Shown one piece after another: positions 10,211-19,878 of a stretch of 64,000 bases of DNA (its first letter is position 1; each line of letters begins with the position of its first letter). The notes beneath the pieces are model-generated. The model saw nothing but the letters and a program-made list of their open reading frames with translations, was not told the origin of the DNA and made no database searches. Origin of the DNA: Flavobacteriales bacterium. Its GTDB lineage: Bacteria > Bacteroidota > Bacteroidia > Flavobacteriales_F > PHOS-HE28. The stretch covers positions 22,616 to 86,615 of the forward strand of contig JBBSUV010000012.1 of NCBI GenBank assembly GCA_038234075.1, read 5' to 3'. The translations under genes and the position numbers were made by a program.

Positions 10211-10654
10211 TCAGAGCCCGTAGGCAGTGGTTCCCCAGCTCATCCCCGGCTGCAGGTGCTCGATCCACTTGGGGTCGGTCACCTTGACCTTGTAATCCAC
10301 TTGGGCCAGTTTGTCCTCATTCTCCCAACGGCCTTCCCGCTCATAATAGAAGGTGGCCAAGTGTTCCTTGTTGATGATCGGATAGTTCGCGCAGCTGATC
10401 GTGTCCACGCTCTCCACGTACTCGCCGGCATGCTCCAGCCGGAATTTCTCGCTGCAGATCTGCGGCACCGTGATCGCATCACCCAATGGGCCGCCACCAC
10501 CGAAGCGTGTATCCGCTTCATCCCACAGCACCATCAGGAAGAAATCCTTCGAATAGGGGATCTGGTCCCAGTCGTAGTAGGTCAGGAAAACCTTGAGCGT
10601 TACCGTGGATCCCTCCTTGGCAAGAACGCGTACTCCGTAAAGGTCCGTGGACAT
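10211..10654 (-). CDS. Hypothetical cytoplasmic protein
   Basis: 147 aa ORF with coding-like composition, isolated between two annotated genes. Confidence 0.65.
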   Translation of the reverse strand: MSTDLYGVRVLAKEGSTVTLKVFLTYYDWDQIPYSKDFFLMVLWDEADTRFGGGGPLGDAITVPQICSEKFRLEHAGEYVESVDTISCANYPIINKEHLATFYYEREGRWENEDKLAQVDYKVKVTDPKWIEHLQPGMSWGTTAYGL

Positions 10655-10705
10655 GGGTGCGAATTAATCGGTGAAGTGCGAAGGTGAAGATCCGTGGATC
10701 GCCTG

Positions 10706-12412
10706 TTACTGACCGGTTATGGCCTCCTGCTGCTCTGTGCTCTGTAGACCGGCTTCGGCCCTCCTTTTCCTCACCTCGATCTTGCGCTTGATCGGCTCGG
10801 GATAGTCGCTCGCATCTTCCGCTTCGTAAACGCGCACAGGTCGGGAGCTGTCGCTCTTCGTCAGCTCCTCCGCACGGCATCCGAGGATGATAGCGGCGGT
10901 CTGCACGCCGGAATACCCGGCACCCGCTACACCATGCGACTGGATGCTGGCGCCGCAGAGGTAGAGTTCGTCGATCTCCGCTTTTGGTCGGAAGGCGAAA
11001 GGCCCGATCTGCTTGAGCACCTTTTCCGTACCGTAGACCGAACCGTTGGTGGAGTTGATGTAGAACTCATTCGTCAAAGCCGTTCCCAGCTCTTTGTGCA
11101 CCACATGTCCGCTGATGCCAGGGACCACCTTTTCCAGGGTCCTCATCATCTTCTGCATCAGTAGCTCCTTGAAGGCCAGGTAGGCCGGGGAGCGTTCGGT
11201 CCCTTCATCCGCAAAGGCCTTGAAGGCCTGATGGTCCACGTAGGTGATCGCCTCGATGCAATGGTGCTTCCCATCGAAACTGGAGGGGTCCTTCAACGTC
11301 GTACAACTGATGAACATGCCGGGGAACTCGTCTCCCTCGGTAATGCTTTGCGACATCAGCCGGCCATAGACCTCATCAGCATCAAGACCATCACCGGCGA
11401 TCCAGATGTTTCCGGAATCCAAGCCCGCCTTGCGCAGGTCCATGTCCACCGTGAGGAAGAGCATCAGCGAAGTGCAGGAGTACGTCGTGCGGTCCAGCTT
11501 CTTCACCAAGTTCGGGCTCAGGTGCGCTTCGCCCACCAAGTGGCGATAGGTGGTGGTCGGGTCCGCGTTGCTGATCACCCGCTTGGCCAGAAGCCGCTGG
11601 CCGTTTTCCAGCTCGACACCGATCGCGCGTTTTTTCGTCTCCCCTTCCACCAGGATGCGGCGCACACGTTGCGACGTCCGCACTTCGCCGCCATGGCGTT
11701 TGATCGCATTGGTCATCGCCTTCACCATGGCACCGCCGCCGCCCATCGGATAGTAGGCCCCGCTGAAGTAGTGTGCCATCACCGCGCAATGCAGGGGGAA
11801 GCTGGCCTTGCCCGGAGGTAATCCGTGGTCGCCGCACTGGATGTTCAGGATGTACTTCAACATAGGGTCCTTGATGTACCAGCCGATCACCCGCTTCAGG
11901 CTGAACAGGGCATACTTGCCCATGTACCGGGTGCGCCATGGGATGGTGATGTTGTCCCAGAAGCCTTTCATCTTGGGGATCAGCATCAGCTGCGCGGACA
12001 CGGTGCGCACCATGTTCAGATATTCCGTCAGGTTCTTGCGCTCCTTCGGAAAAAGGTCCGACAAGTACGCTATCAGCTCATCGTGCCCCGCAGGCAGGTG
12101 GAAGCGCTGGTCGCCGATCCAGCAATGTTCATAGCCTGCCGGGTTCATGCGGAAGAACACGAGTTCGTCCGAGATCCCGAGCCCTTCGTACAGCTCGCTG
12201 GTGGATTCCCCTTCACCGAGAAGACCCACGTAATGGACACCGGGCGTGAAGCGATGTCCGTTCAGGTAGAAGCTGTGGCACCAACCGCCGGGGACATCGT
12301 GCTGCTCCAGCACCACAACGCGCTGGCCCGCTCGCGAGAGGCAGATGGCCGCAGCCAGTGCACCCGCGCCGGATCCGATGATAATGGTGTCGATCGCTGC
12401 GTTGTTGTCCAT
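10706..12412 (-). CDS. Phytoene desaturase/retinol saturase-family FAD oxidoreductase
   Basis: IIIGSGAGAL Rossmann motif, LEQH.VPGG and C-terminal LYLCGAS...GVAGA. Confidence 0.85.
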   Translation of the reverse strand: MDNNAAIDTIIIGSGAGALAAAICLSRAGQRVVVLEQHDVPGGWCHSFYLNGHRFTPGVHYVGLLGEGESTSELYEGLGISDELVFFRMNPAGYEHCWIGDQRFHLPAGHDELIAYLSDLFPKERKNLTEYLNMVRTVSAQLMLIPKMKGFWDNITIPWRTRYMGKYALFSLKRVIGWYIKDPMLKYILNIQCGDHGLPPGKASFPLHCAVMAHYFSGAYYPMGGGGAMVKAMTNAIKRHGGEVRTSQRVRRILVEGETKKRAIGVELENGQRLLAKRVISNADPTTTYRHLVGEAHLSPNLVKKLDRTTYSCTSLMLFLTVDMDLRKAGLDSGNIWIAGDGLDADEVYGRLMSQSITEGDEFPGMFISCTTLKDPSSFDGKHHCIEAITYVDHQAFKAFADEGTERSPAYLAFKELLMQKMMRTLEKVVPGISGHVVHKELGTALTNEFYINSTNGSVYGTEKVLKQIGPFAFRPKAEIDELYLCGASIQSHGVAGAGYSGVQTAAIILGCRAEELTKSDSSRPVRVYEAEDASDYPEPIKRKIEVRKRRAEAGLQSTEQQEAITGQ

Positions 12413-12597
12413 GTACTACTGAGCTCTTCCCGGGTCGTGGCCCAGCGAAGCAACAACGGTCGCAGCGCTGGGTTTGCGGAACGGACAAAGATGATCCATA
12501 TTCAATGGCCTATATCAGGCAGGCGCAGCATGGGATTTCATTGCTTGCACCTACGGAACGATCCCATTTAAGCCCGTTGTTCCTCCAGGAGGGCGTC

Positions 12598-13128
12598 CTA
12601 AATACCGCGGTCGGAGATGATCGTTCGGCATATCCGCCTTGCGGAGGATGTGGCTTTGTAAAAGTCATGACCACCACGCTCCAGAAGTGGCGGATCAACC
12701 CCCGATTTTTCAAACCATGAAAGATCAGGCTGGGAGAGATCCTCCGCTCCATAGAATAACTGGATCCGGCAGTCCAGCTTTTCAGATCGCAGCCTGAGCC
12801 GCGTGGAAGAGACCGCATACAAACGGCCGACGTCCATGCCCTTCAAACCGGCTTCCCAAGCAATGGACCCGCCCATGCTGAAGGCCATGATGTCGACCTT
12901 TCCCGTTTCCAACGACAACAACTTGTTGGCGGCGGTATCGATCCCGCCGTGGACGAATGCGGAGTGAATGGCCTCTTCACCGGCATCTGTGACGGCTACA
13001 TTCCCCAAGGCACAACTATCATAGAGCTGTATGCTGAAAACGGGATCCAGCAATTCCACATAGTGCTCGATCCACGTGCAATGCTCGAGGCCCCACATAT
13101 CGGAAAGGATCAGCAGCCTTGGTTTCAT
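12598..13128 (-). CDS. Small alpha/beta-hydrolase (dienelactone hydrolase-like)
   Basis: ILSDMWG, AFSMGG nucleophile elbow, FYGAED and GHDF motifs. Confidence 0.65.
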   Translation of the reverse strand: MKPRLLILSDMWGLEHCTWIEHYVELLDPVFSIQLYDSCALGNVAVTDAGEEAIHSAFVHGGIDTAANKLLSLETGKVDIMAFSMGGSIAWEAGLKGMDVGRLYAVSSTRLRLRSEKLDCRIQLFYGAEDLSQPDLSWFEKSGVDPPLLERGGHDFYKATSSARRICRTIISDRGI

Positions 13129-13269
13129 GTTCTTTCTTCCATCATAAAAGCAAGCGCTCGGCTCCGGAGCCTCATCCGGGGTTTGCCCTGTGCCTACTGA
13201 TCGCAAGCGCTCGGCTTTTTGCCGAGTGCCTATACTGTTAGGGCCTCTGGCCCGCCTCCAGCACGAAGG

Positions 13270-13827
13270 TCAAACCCGCACCACTCCCCTAAATCCCCGC
13301 ACTCCATAATACGATTGCGCCCCATTGTGATACGTGAACACATGGTCATACCGCCGATCGCAGAAGAGCGCACCACCCTGGGTGCGGATCGCAGGCGGCG
13401 TCAGCACCCAGCTCGATGTCTTCAGATCGAACTCGCCGAGCTTTTGCAGCTCCCGGTATTCTTCTTCGGTCAACATCTCGATGCCCATCTCCGCGGCCAT
13501 GTCAACCGCGCTGTTGGCGGGCCGATGTTCCTTCCGGCTCTCCAGCCCTTCGCGGTCATAGCAAATACTGCGACGTCCCTTCGGACTTTCCGCGGAACAA
13601 TCCATAAAGATGAACGCATCGCTCTTCTTGTCCTGGCCCACCACATCCGGCTCGCCACCGGTCTCTTCCATGGCATCCAGCGAACGCAGCTTTTTCGGAT
13701 GTGCCAGCAGACGGGTTTCCACGTCGGCCCACTTCAGCCCCTTGCGGCGGTGCATGTTCTTCTCGAAGCGTTCTTGCAATGCGCTGAGCAATGCAACCCG
13801 CTGATCCGCTGAAAGTTCGTGGTCCAT
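13270..13827 (-). CDS. DUF4256 family protein
   Basis: RFEKNMHRRKG, MEETGGEPDV and YHNGAQSYYGVRGFRG motifs. Confidence 0.85.
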   Translation of the reverse strand: MDHELSADQRVALLSALQERFEKNMHRRKGLKWADVETRLLAHPKKLRSLDAMEETGGEPDVVGQDKKSDAFIFMDCSAESPKGRRSICYDREGLESRKEHRPANSAVDMAAEMGIEMLTEEEYRELQKLGEFDLKTSSWVLTPPAIRTQGGALFCDRRYDHVFTYHNGAQSYYGVRGFRGVVRV

Positions 13828-13958
13828 TCGATCCGTTGAAATGTTATGTCGGGAGGGATGCAGGATTACCAACCACCCCCGCCGCCACCGAAGCCTCCGC
13901 TGCTTGAGGGTGGCGTGCTCTAGGACCGGGCACTGTTGGAAAGCGGACTTTTCATGGG

Positions 13959-14930
13959 TTACTTATCTACGATCTTGCTTGTCTTGAAGAACTTCGCCCA
14001 CTTATCCTTCAGGTCAGCCGGGATGGTTGCTTGCTTCACAGCTCTGAAGTTCGTGTAAAGGGCTTGCTTCCCCTGAACGATGTACCAAAGCTGCGATTCA
14101 GGTGTCTTATCGTCCTTGAAGCTTTGTGCTTCAATGGTGAAAAGTATCCAGGGGTATTGAACGCGCTCGTCCTTTTCCATAAAGGTCAGCTTTGCCTTGG
14201 AGGAATTCTTCTTCGCTTGGTCGAACATCATGTTCATGGCATCATCCATCGGGATATTCTTGGCTCCTTTGATCGATATCATCGTGCCGAACTCGGTCCA
14301 CTTCTCCAAGGATTCGTCGGAATGGATGAGTTCGACCATGACCATTTGGTCGTTCTCCTGGTTACTTCCAACTATCCATTTTTCGCTTTCCGGCCATTCA
14401 AGCTTCAATGATTCGGCTGCCTGTGCTCCATTCTCGCAAAATCGTGAGAGGTACTTGTCGGCATGGCTGTCGCCGATCTGTTTGGCCTGGTTGAAATCTT
14501 CGCACGCCCCTTCCTTATTTCCCGTCTGAGCCCTGATCTGTCCGCGCAAGGTCAACGCATTGGGGAGTGTTGGGTCCAGCGCTATTGTCTTGTCAAGGTC
14601 GGGCAATGCTTCCAAATACTTCTCTTGGCTCACAAAGACGGATGCCCTGCTGTAGTAGGCCTTTGGAAAGGTCGGGTCGATGGCAATGGCCTTATCAAAA
14701 TCCGCCATTGCCGACTTCAGGTCTTTCAAGGCAAGCTCACACGTTCCACGATTGAAGAAAGCATCCTTGTTCTGCTTGTCTTCTTTTATGGCCTTGTCAT
14801 AATCCTTGATGGCTCCCTTGTAATCCTGCTGTTCATGCTTGGCGATCCCGTTCTGGAAATGCTCTTGGGAGGTCTGTCCAAAAGCGGTCATTGAGCAGAT
14901 GATCGCTAGGGCTGAGGAAATAACTTTCAT
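13959..14930 (-). CDS. Secreted tetratricopeptide-repeat protein
   Basis: Signal peptide, several TPR units (AIKDYDKAI, AYYSRA) and a PsbP-like C-terminal region. Confidence 0.8.
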   Translation of the reverse strand: MKVISSALAIICSMTAFGQTSQEHFQNGIAKHEQQDYKGAIKDYDKAIKEDKQNKDAFFNRGTCELALKDLKSAMADFDKAIAIDPTFPKAYYSRASVFVSQEKYLEALPDLDKTIALDPTLPNALTLRGQIRAQTGNKEGACEDFNQAKQIGDSHADKYLSRFCENGAQAAESLKLEWPESEKWIVGSNQENDQMVMVELIHSDESLEKWTEFGTMISIKGAKNIPMDDAMNMMFDQAKKNSSKAKLTFMEKDERVQYPWILFTIEAQSFKDDKTPESQLWYIVQGKQALYTNFRAVKQATIPADLKDKWAKFFKTSKIVDK

Positions 14931-15082
14931 GGGTTTTCTATTGTAGAAGTTTCGTTTGAATGCCACGGCAGGAAGACGCATTGGTGCGTTCCCGTAGGCC
15001 TTGCCGGAGCTGTGCTGTTAGGAGGGTTTGAAGATAGGTGAGGCCAGTTCTTTCGTCCAAAATGCGGAAGGAGAGAACCCAC

Positions 15083-16414
15083 TTATTTCGTCATCAGGTA
15101 CTTCGCCACCGCCTCATACGCCGGCAAGGAGTACGCATCATTGGCGCTGTTCGCGGCAACGGGATGCGAGGCCATACGCACGATCACCATCTCTGCAACA
15201 GGATCGATGTAGATCGTCTGGCCATAAACCCCACGCGCTGTGAAGGCCCGGTGTTCATTCTCGGTGATCCACCACATGTCGCGGTAGGACCAGCCTTTCA
15301 GCTCCGGATGGCCCGACTTGGCAAAGGCCTCCTTGCTTCCGCCCTTTTCAATATCCGCTACGGCTTGAGCGGGGATCACCTGTTCACCATTCCACTTGCC
15401 ATTGTTGCGGATCATCTCCCCGAACCGTGCCAAGTCCCGCAGCCCTGCATTAAAACCACCGCCGGCAAAGGGAGTGCCTAGGCCGTCGACTTGGTAGTAG
15501 GCGGACTGCTCCATACCGAGTTTGCTCCAGATCCGCTCGGAAAGTAACGTCGCTACGGACTTGCCGGTAACGCGTGCAATGATCCATCCCAGCGCATCCG
15601 CGTTCACGGTCTTGTAGCCGAACGCCTCGCCATGTTCGCCTTGCTTTTTCACGGTCTCCAAATAGGCGTAATAGCCGACCGGACCCTTGCTCTCGCCGGG
15701 CTTCGGCATCGGATTGCCCGCAGCGGAAAAGGCCCAGATCTCCGCCTTCGGGTCCGCATAGTCCTCGCTGTATTGCAACGCCGTGGTCATGTCCATCACC
15801 TGGCGCACGGTGGCATCGCCGAATGCGGACTGCGCTAGCTCCGGCACATACGCACTCACCTTCTTGTTCGCGTCCAGCACACCTTCAGCCACCAGCATGG
15901 AAGCCAACGTGCCGGTGAAGGATTTCGTGAGCGACATCACCGCATGCACCCGCTCCTCGTTCAGCGCACCGAAGTAGCGCTCATACACCACTTGGCCTTT
16001 GTGCATCACAATGATCCCGTCCGTGTAGTTCTTCCAGAGCGAAGCATCCCAGGTCATTGCGTTCTTCTCTCCCCAAGGCTGGAAACGCAGGGAGTCGATC
16101 CGCGGATCCAGTTGGTAGGGTAGGGGCCGGGGCGCTTGAAGGCCCCGGGAAACTTCAACGGTCGGCAACAGTTCCCGCATGTGCGCCACGCTCCAACGCA
16201 TCGCGGGGAATTGGAAGAACGATCCATCCACCGCGCTCAGCACCTTGTCCTTCGGCGGGGGAAAGCCCTGCATCCACCCCAGCTTCACCGGGTCGCTGTC
16301 CTTGGCGGAGAGGAATGCATCCTGCTTTTGGGCCATGGCATTCAAGGAGGTCAGAACGAGGGAGAAGAGGGCGAGGGATGGGGTGAGGCGGTTCGGCCTG
16401 TGGGCGTTATTCAT
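15083..16414 (-). CDS. Serine hydrolase, class C beta-lactamase fold (6-aminohexanoate-dimer hydrolase-like)
   Basis: MSLTKS SxxK motif, FGYKTVN, ARGVYGQ and an N-terminal signal peptide. Confidence 0.8.
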   Translation of the reverse strand: MNNAHRPNRLTPSLALFSLVLTSLNAMAQKQDAFLSAKDSDPVKLGWMQGFPPPKDKVLSAVDGSFFQFPAMRWSVAHMRELLPTVEVSRGLQAPRPLPYQLDPRIDSLRFQPWGEKNAMTWDASLWKNYTDGIIVMHKGQVVYERYFGALNEERVHAVMSLTKSFTGTLASMLVAEGVLDANKKVSAYVPELAQSAFGDATVRQVMDMTTALQYSEDYADPKAEIWAFSAAGNPMPKPGESKGPVGYYAYLETVKKQGEHGEAFGYKTVNADALGWIIARVTGKSVATLLSERIWSKLGMEQSAYYQVDGLGTPFAGGGFNAGLRDLARFGEMIRNNGKWNGEQVIPAQAVADIEKGGSKEAFAKSGHPELKGWSYRDMWWITENEHRAFTARGVYGQTIYIDPVAEMVIVRMASHPVAANSANDAYSLPAYEAVAKYLMTK

Positions 16415-16449
16415 AGGATGGTAGGCTTAGTTAGACCTGAGGTTGAGTG

Positions 16450-18021
16450 TCAGTTCTTAATGAATTTAAGCGTGTAGGTATTGGACTTGAAGATCAGATG
16501 AATAAAGTGGATCCCTTTGGTAAGTCCGGAGACATCGATCCGGTGAGCCTGGTCAATTGCTACGCTTGTTGACGTGCCGAGTAACGTGGTGATCTGAATG
16601 TCCTGTAGGTCTGGATCGTTATCCATTCCTTCGATGGTCAGCAAGTCGCCAACAGGATTGGGGAATAGTTGAATGTCCCTTCGTAGTGAAGGATGGTCGC
16701 TTATAGACGTTGCCGTGTCAACTTGATAGACCGTGATCTTGTCGGCGTCCGTACCTCCGTTATTGATCAGATAGATCGATCGGCCATCATTGGATACAGC
16801 GATGTCCCTCAATCTGCCGTTCAGTGCCTGGTCCTCGCCGAAGAACTTTTTCGGATTTGGATCTGAAGCTGTTGATGGAACAAGTTCTCCACTCGCTTGA
16901 AGTTTGAATTGATAGACCTCTCTCTCGGTGGATACACCCTCTTTTAATGTAACGACCAACAAACTGTTGTTCCATTGAGGGATGCCATCGCTGCCGTAGT
17001 AGATCCCTCCCGAAGGAGCTACAGTGCACCAATCCTCCGGCACCTCTGAACTGACAGCAGTGGTACACCACGCGAATAGTGGATCGACCAAGGAGTCATT
17101 CGGGACCGATGGATCAGGGACATAGTTGGCGGCGAAATCACCTTCCCCGGGATAGCTGTTGTCATCCCGATAGCCGCGAACATTCTTCCAGCCATAGTTC
17201 ATTCCCTTGTAAAGCACATTGATCTCATCATCGGTCCGGTCGCCATGTTCAATATCATAGACCAGGTCCAGGGTCGGGTTATACATCAAGCCCTGCGGAT
17301 TGCGATGCCCGCGGGTGAAGAAGGAGTTCCCGGCTATCGGGTTGTCCGAAGGGATGGAGCCGTCTACATTGAAGCGATGGATCTTGCCATTCTGAGTGGT
17401 TACATCCTGTGCGAAATTGTTCGGATTTGTGGATTGGGGCGAATAGCATTCGGGTGAGTTCTGCTCCGATCTCCCATTGTCACCAACAGAGAGGAACAGG
17501 TACGATGTGCCATTTTGCTTGATCGCCATTAAGCGGCCACCCAGGTGGTCATAGCCGGTAGTGATCGAGTTGACAACGTTGGTGTCACTGACCACCGAGT
17601 TGGTGGCAGCGCTCCACTTGAGCCTCTTGACACGGAACTTGGTAGCAGGTGCCGACGCGCTTCCGGAGTTATACGAATAGACGTAATAGATATACGAACT
17701 TGAGCTATCCATGAAGTCAGGATGTAGAGCCAGCCCAAGGGTTCCTGCGCCTATGGAGAATTCAGGACAGAGCAGCGAGTTCTCAAGTGGTGATCCGGAG
17801 AAATAGTCCGGAGCAGTATAGACAACCATTTTGCTCCCATCAGCTGGATCAACCCGAATGACCTTCCCTCCCGACTCAGTGAGCCAAAGAAAATTGTCGG
17901 GGCCGTATGTGATCTCCCATGGCGTGGAAAGTGCCGTTGGGAGTTCCGTGCGAATGAACGTCTGGGACTTCACTGGAACTGATGAGGCAAGTAAAATGCA
18001 GAATAGTAGAATGGGCTTCAT
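16450..18021 (-). CDS. T9SS-secreted PQQ-dependent glucose/sorbosone dehydrogenase-family protein
   Basis: PWEITYGPD, HLGGRL, RGHRNPQGL, NYGW motifs and a T9SS CTD. Confidence 0.85.
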   Translation of the reverse strand: MKPILLFCILLASSVPVKSQTFIRTELPTALSTPWEITYGPDNFLWLTESGGKVIRVDPADGSKMVVYTAPDYFSGSPLENSLLCPEFSIGAGTLGLALHPDFMDSSSSYIYYVYSYNSGSASAPATKFRVKRLKWSAATNSVVSDTNVVNSITTGYDHLGGRLMAIKQNGTSYLFLSVGDNGRSEQNSPECYSPQSTNPNNFAQDVTTQNGKIHRFNVDGSIPSDNPIAGNSFFTRGHRNPQGLMYNPTLDLVYDIEHGDRTDDEINVLYKGMNYGWKNVRGYRDDNSYPGEGDFAANYVPDPSVPNDSLVDPLFAWCTTAVSSEVPEDWCTVAPSGGIYYGSDGIPQWNNSLLVVTLKEGVSTEREVYQFKLQASGELVPSTASDPNPKKFFGEDQALNGRLRDIAVSNDGRSIYLINNGGTDADKITVYQVDTATSISDHPSLRRDIQLFPNPVGDLLTIEGMDNDPDLQDIQITTLLGTSTSVAIDQAHRIDVSGLTKGIHFIHLIFKSNTYTLKFIKN

Positions 18022-18100
18022 GGGTGCAGTAGTTAGTGTTTGTTGACCGATCCGCCATGTCCAATATGTGGAGCTCTTTCGAGGCTCGGGCCGTGACCTA

Positions 18101-18586
18101 CTACTCACCACCGGCCGGTTCCCAGAGCTCCACCTTGTTCCCTTCCGGATCCAGGATGTGGACGAACTTCCCATAGTCGGATGCCTCGATGCTATCCACG
18201 ATGGTCACGCCTTCCTTCTTCAGTTGCTCCACCAAACCTTCCAAGTTCTCCACCCGGTAGTTGATCATGAAGTCCTTGGTTGAAGGTTCAAAATAGGTGG
18301 TCTTCTCGGCGAAGGTGCTCCATTGCGTAACGCCCTTTTTTGTCGGGTCGGCATCTTCCCTCCACGCAAAACTGGCCCCGTACTGGCCAGCGTCAATGCC
18401 CAAGTGGGTGTTGTACCACGCATTCATCTGCTTGGGGTCCTTGCACTTGAAGAAGACGCCTCCGATGCCTGTTACCTTTTTCATTATTGCCGTGTCGTTG
18501 GGTGGTTCGGTTGTGCCTGCTTTGAATGCGAAGCCCAGACCGAAAGTAGCGACCAAGGCGAGCGTGACCAGTAAGGGACTCTTCAT
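18101..18586 (-). CDS. VOC/glyoxalase-family protein
   Basis: KVTGIGGVFFK, FMINYRVENL and YGKFVHILDPEGNKVELWEP motifs. Confidence 0.88.
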   Translation of the reverse strand: MKSPLLVTLALVATFGLGFAFKAGTTEPPNDTAIMKKVTGIGGVFFKCKDPKQMNAWYNTHLGIDAGQYGASFAWREDADPTKKGVTQWSTFAEKTTYFEPSTKDFMINYRVENLEGLVEQLKKEGVTIVDSIEASDYGKFVHILDPEGNKVELWEPAGGE

Positions 18587-18625
18587 GGGTAAACGAGGTT
18601 TGCGCTGATGTTTGCGACGAGCCAC

Positions 18626-18802
18626 TTATTCCCGGCGCGTTCTAGCATAGGCAAAGAACACGATGCCGAGCCCCATGAATGCCGGGCCTAACGTGGTGAA
18701 CACAAGCTGGTGCGAGGCCAGGCCCACCACAAGGAAGGTCACTCCGCAACCGAGGAGGACCACCCCAAGTGCCTGCAGCTGTTTTGCCTTCTTCTCATCC
18801 AT
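18626..18802 (-). CDS. Small 2-TM membrane protein (58 aa, absent from the ORF track)
   Basis: Manual translation MDEKKAKQLQALGVVLLGCGVTFLVVGLASHQLVFTTLGPAFMGLGIVFFAYARTRRE*. It fills the gap 8 bp after the upstream gene. Confidence 0.65.
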   Translation of the reverse strand: MDEKKAKQLQALGVVLLGCGVTFLVVGLASHQLVFTTLGPAFMGLGIVFFAYARTRRE

Positions 18803-18810
18803 CAAAGTGC

Positions 18811-19092
18811 TTAGATCTTCTCCAGGATCAAGGTCTTCATCCGGGTCACCTCCGCCTTGGTGAAGCCATGCGCTCGGATGTTCCCTTCGCCGGTGGTGTT
18901 GATGATGATGGTGGAGTAACCCACCAGCGGACAGTCGATGTCCACGGAAGAGATCCGCGTGAAAGGGATCGTCTTCTCATTACCGCTGAAGAGGCTGGGC
19001 ACTTGCAGGGTGACCCCTTGTTGGTCGATGATGACCTTCGAGGGAAAGACGCGGTTGCCTTCCGCGAGACGTGCAGCGATGAATGTTTCCAT
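18811..19092 (-). CDS. Bacterial PH-domain protein
   Basis: 93 aa, GNRVFPSKVIID...EKTIPFTRISSVDI pattern. Confidence 0.7.
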   Translation of the reverse strand: METFIAARLAEGNRVFPSKVIIDQQGVTLQVPSLFSGNEKTIPFTRISSVDIDCPLVGYSTIIINTTGEGNIRAHGFTKAEVTRMKTLILEKI

Positions 19093-19161
19093 GGTGATGC
19101 AAGGTAGGTGCGCATTCGTTCAATGCCGTTGGAGGATCCTGAGTCTTATTCTGAAAGAGGC

Positions 19162-19576
19162 TTGAAGTGCTCCTCTCCTTCCTTCAAGGAGGGGCAGGGG
19201 TGGTGCATTCAGTGAGCGGTCAATGACCACCCCGAACCTCTCCTTCCAAAAAGGAGGGGAGACCCATGGGAGCGCTGACGAAGTCGCAGCGCTATTAATG
19301 GATGGATCAGTCATGGTCAGTCGTCGAGGGTTGAAGTTCTCCCCTCCTTCCTTCAAGGAGGGGCAGGGGCAATGTCATTAAGTTAAGCTAGCTGTCATAC
19401 CGGGCGAAGACCCGGGGTCACACGCGGCAGGCATTCGCGGCCAACGTTCTCCGGCGCTGGTGGGTGTGATACCGGGTCCGCCACCCTGCGGGTCTTCGCC
19501 CGGCATGACAATCCTACTTCCTCCGTTTCCTTAACTTAATGACATTGGGGGCAGGGGTGGTGCATTCAGTGAGCGG
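19162..19576. repeat. REP/BIME-like cluster of CCCCTCCTT-N-AAGGAGGGG hairpins
   Basis: Direct copies at 19162-19219 and 19331-19369 plus 19558-19576. An inverted copy lies at 19226-19261. Confidence 0.8.
19370..19547. mobile_element. 178-bp MITE with 18-bp TIR and 10-bp target-site duplication
   Basis: TIR CAATGTCATTAAGTTAAG (19370-19387) and its exact reverse complement (19530-19547). GGGGCAGGGG is duplicated at 19360-19369 and 19548-19557. Confidence 0.85.
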
Positions 19577-19878
19577 ACCACGGGCACCCGCTTATTCTAT
19601 GAAATCTCCAAACGCTTGTTGAGCTTTTTCAGGCATGAGGAACACCGGGCTTGGGCGGGAAGTCCGTTGGTCCTCCCGCCCATGGCCGAAGCCCGTTGTT
19701 CGTCGGGCTTATCCTTGGCGAGTTGCTCTCAAGCATTGCCCGCTTCCGTTTGGCCCGATGTGGACCATTTACCTCGAAAAGAAGATAAGACACCATCGTC
19801 CTGTTGCGTCAGGGGCCATCGCCCAGCAATGTCGTACCTTGTATGTTCCCTCGGCAAACCTTTCAATCCGACCTCCCC

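Noticed and set aside
772-13955. 12-bp match GCGGACTTTTCA between the array (about 774) and about 13943
   Set aside because: Many 12-mer matches are expected by chance in 64 kb.
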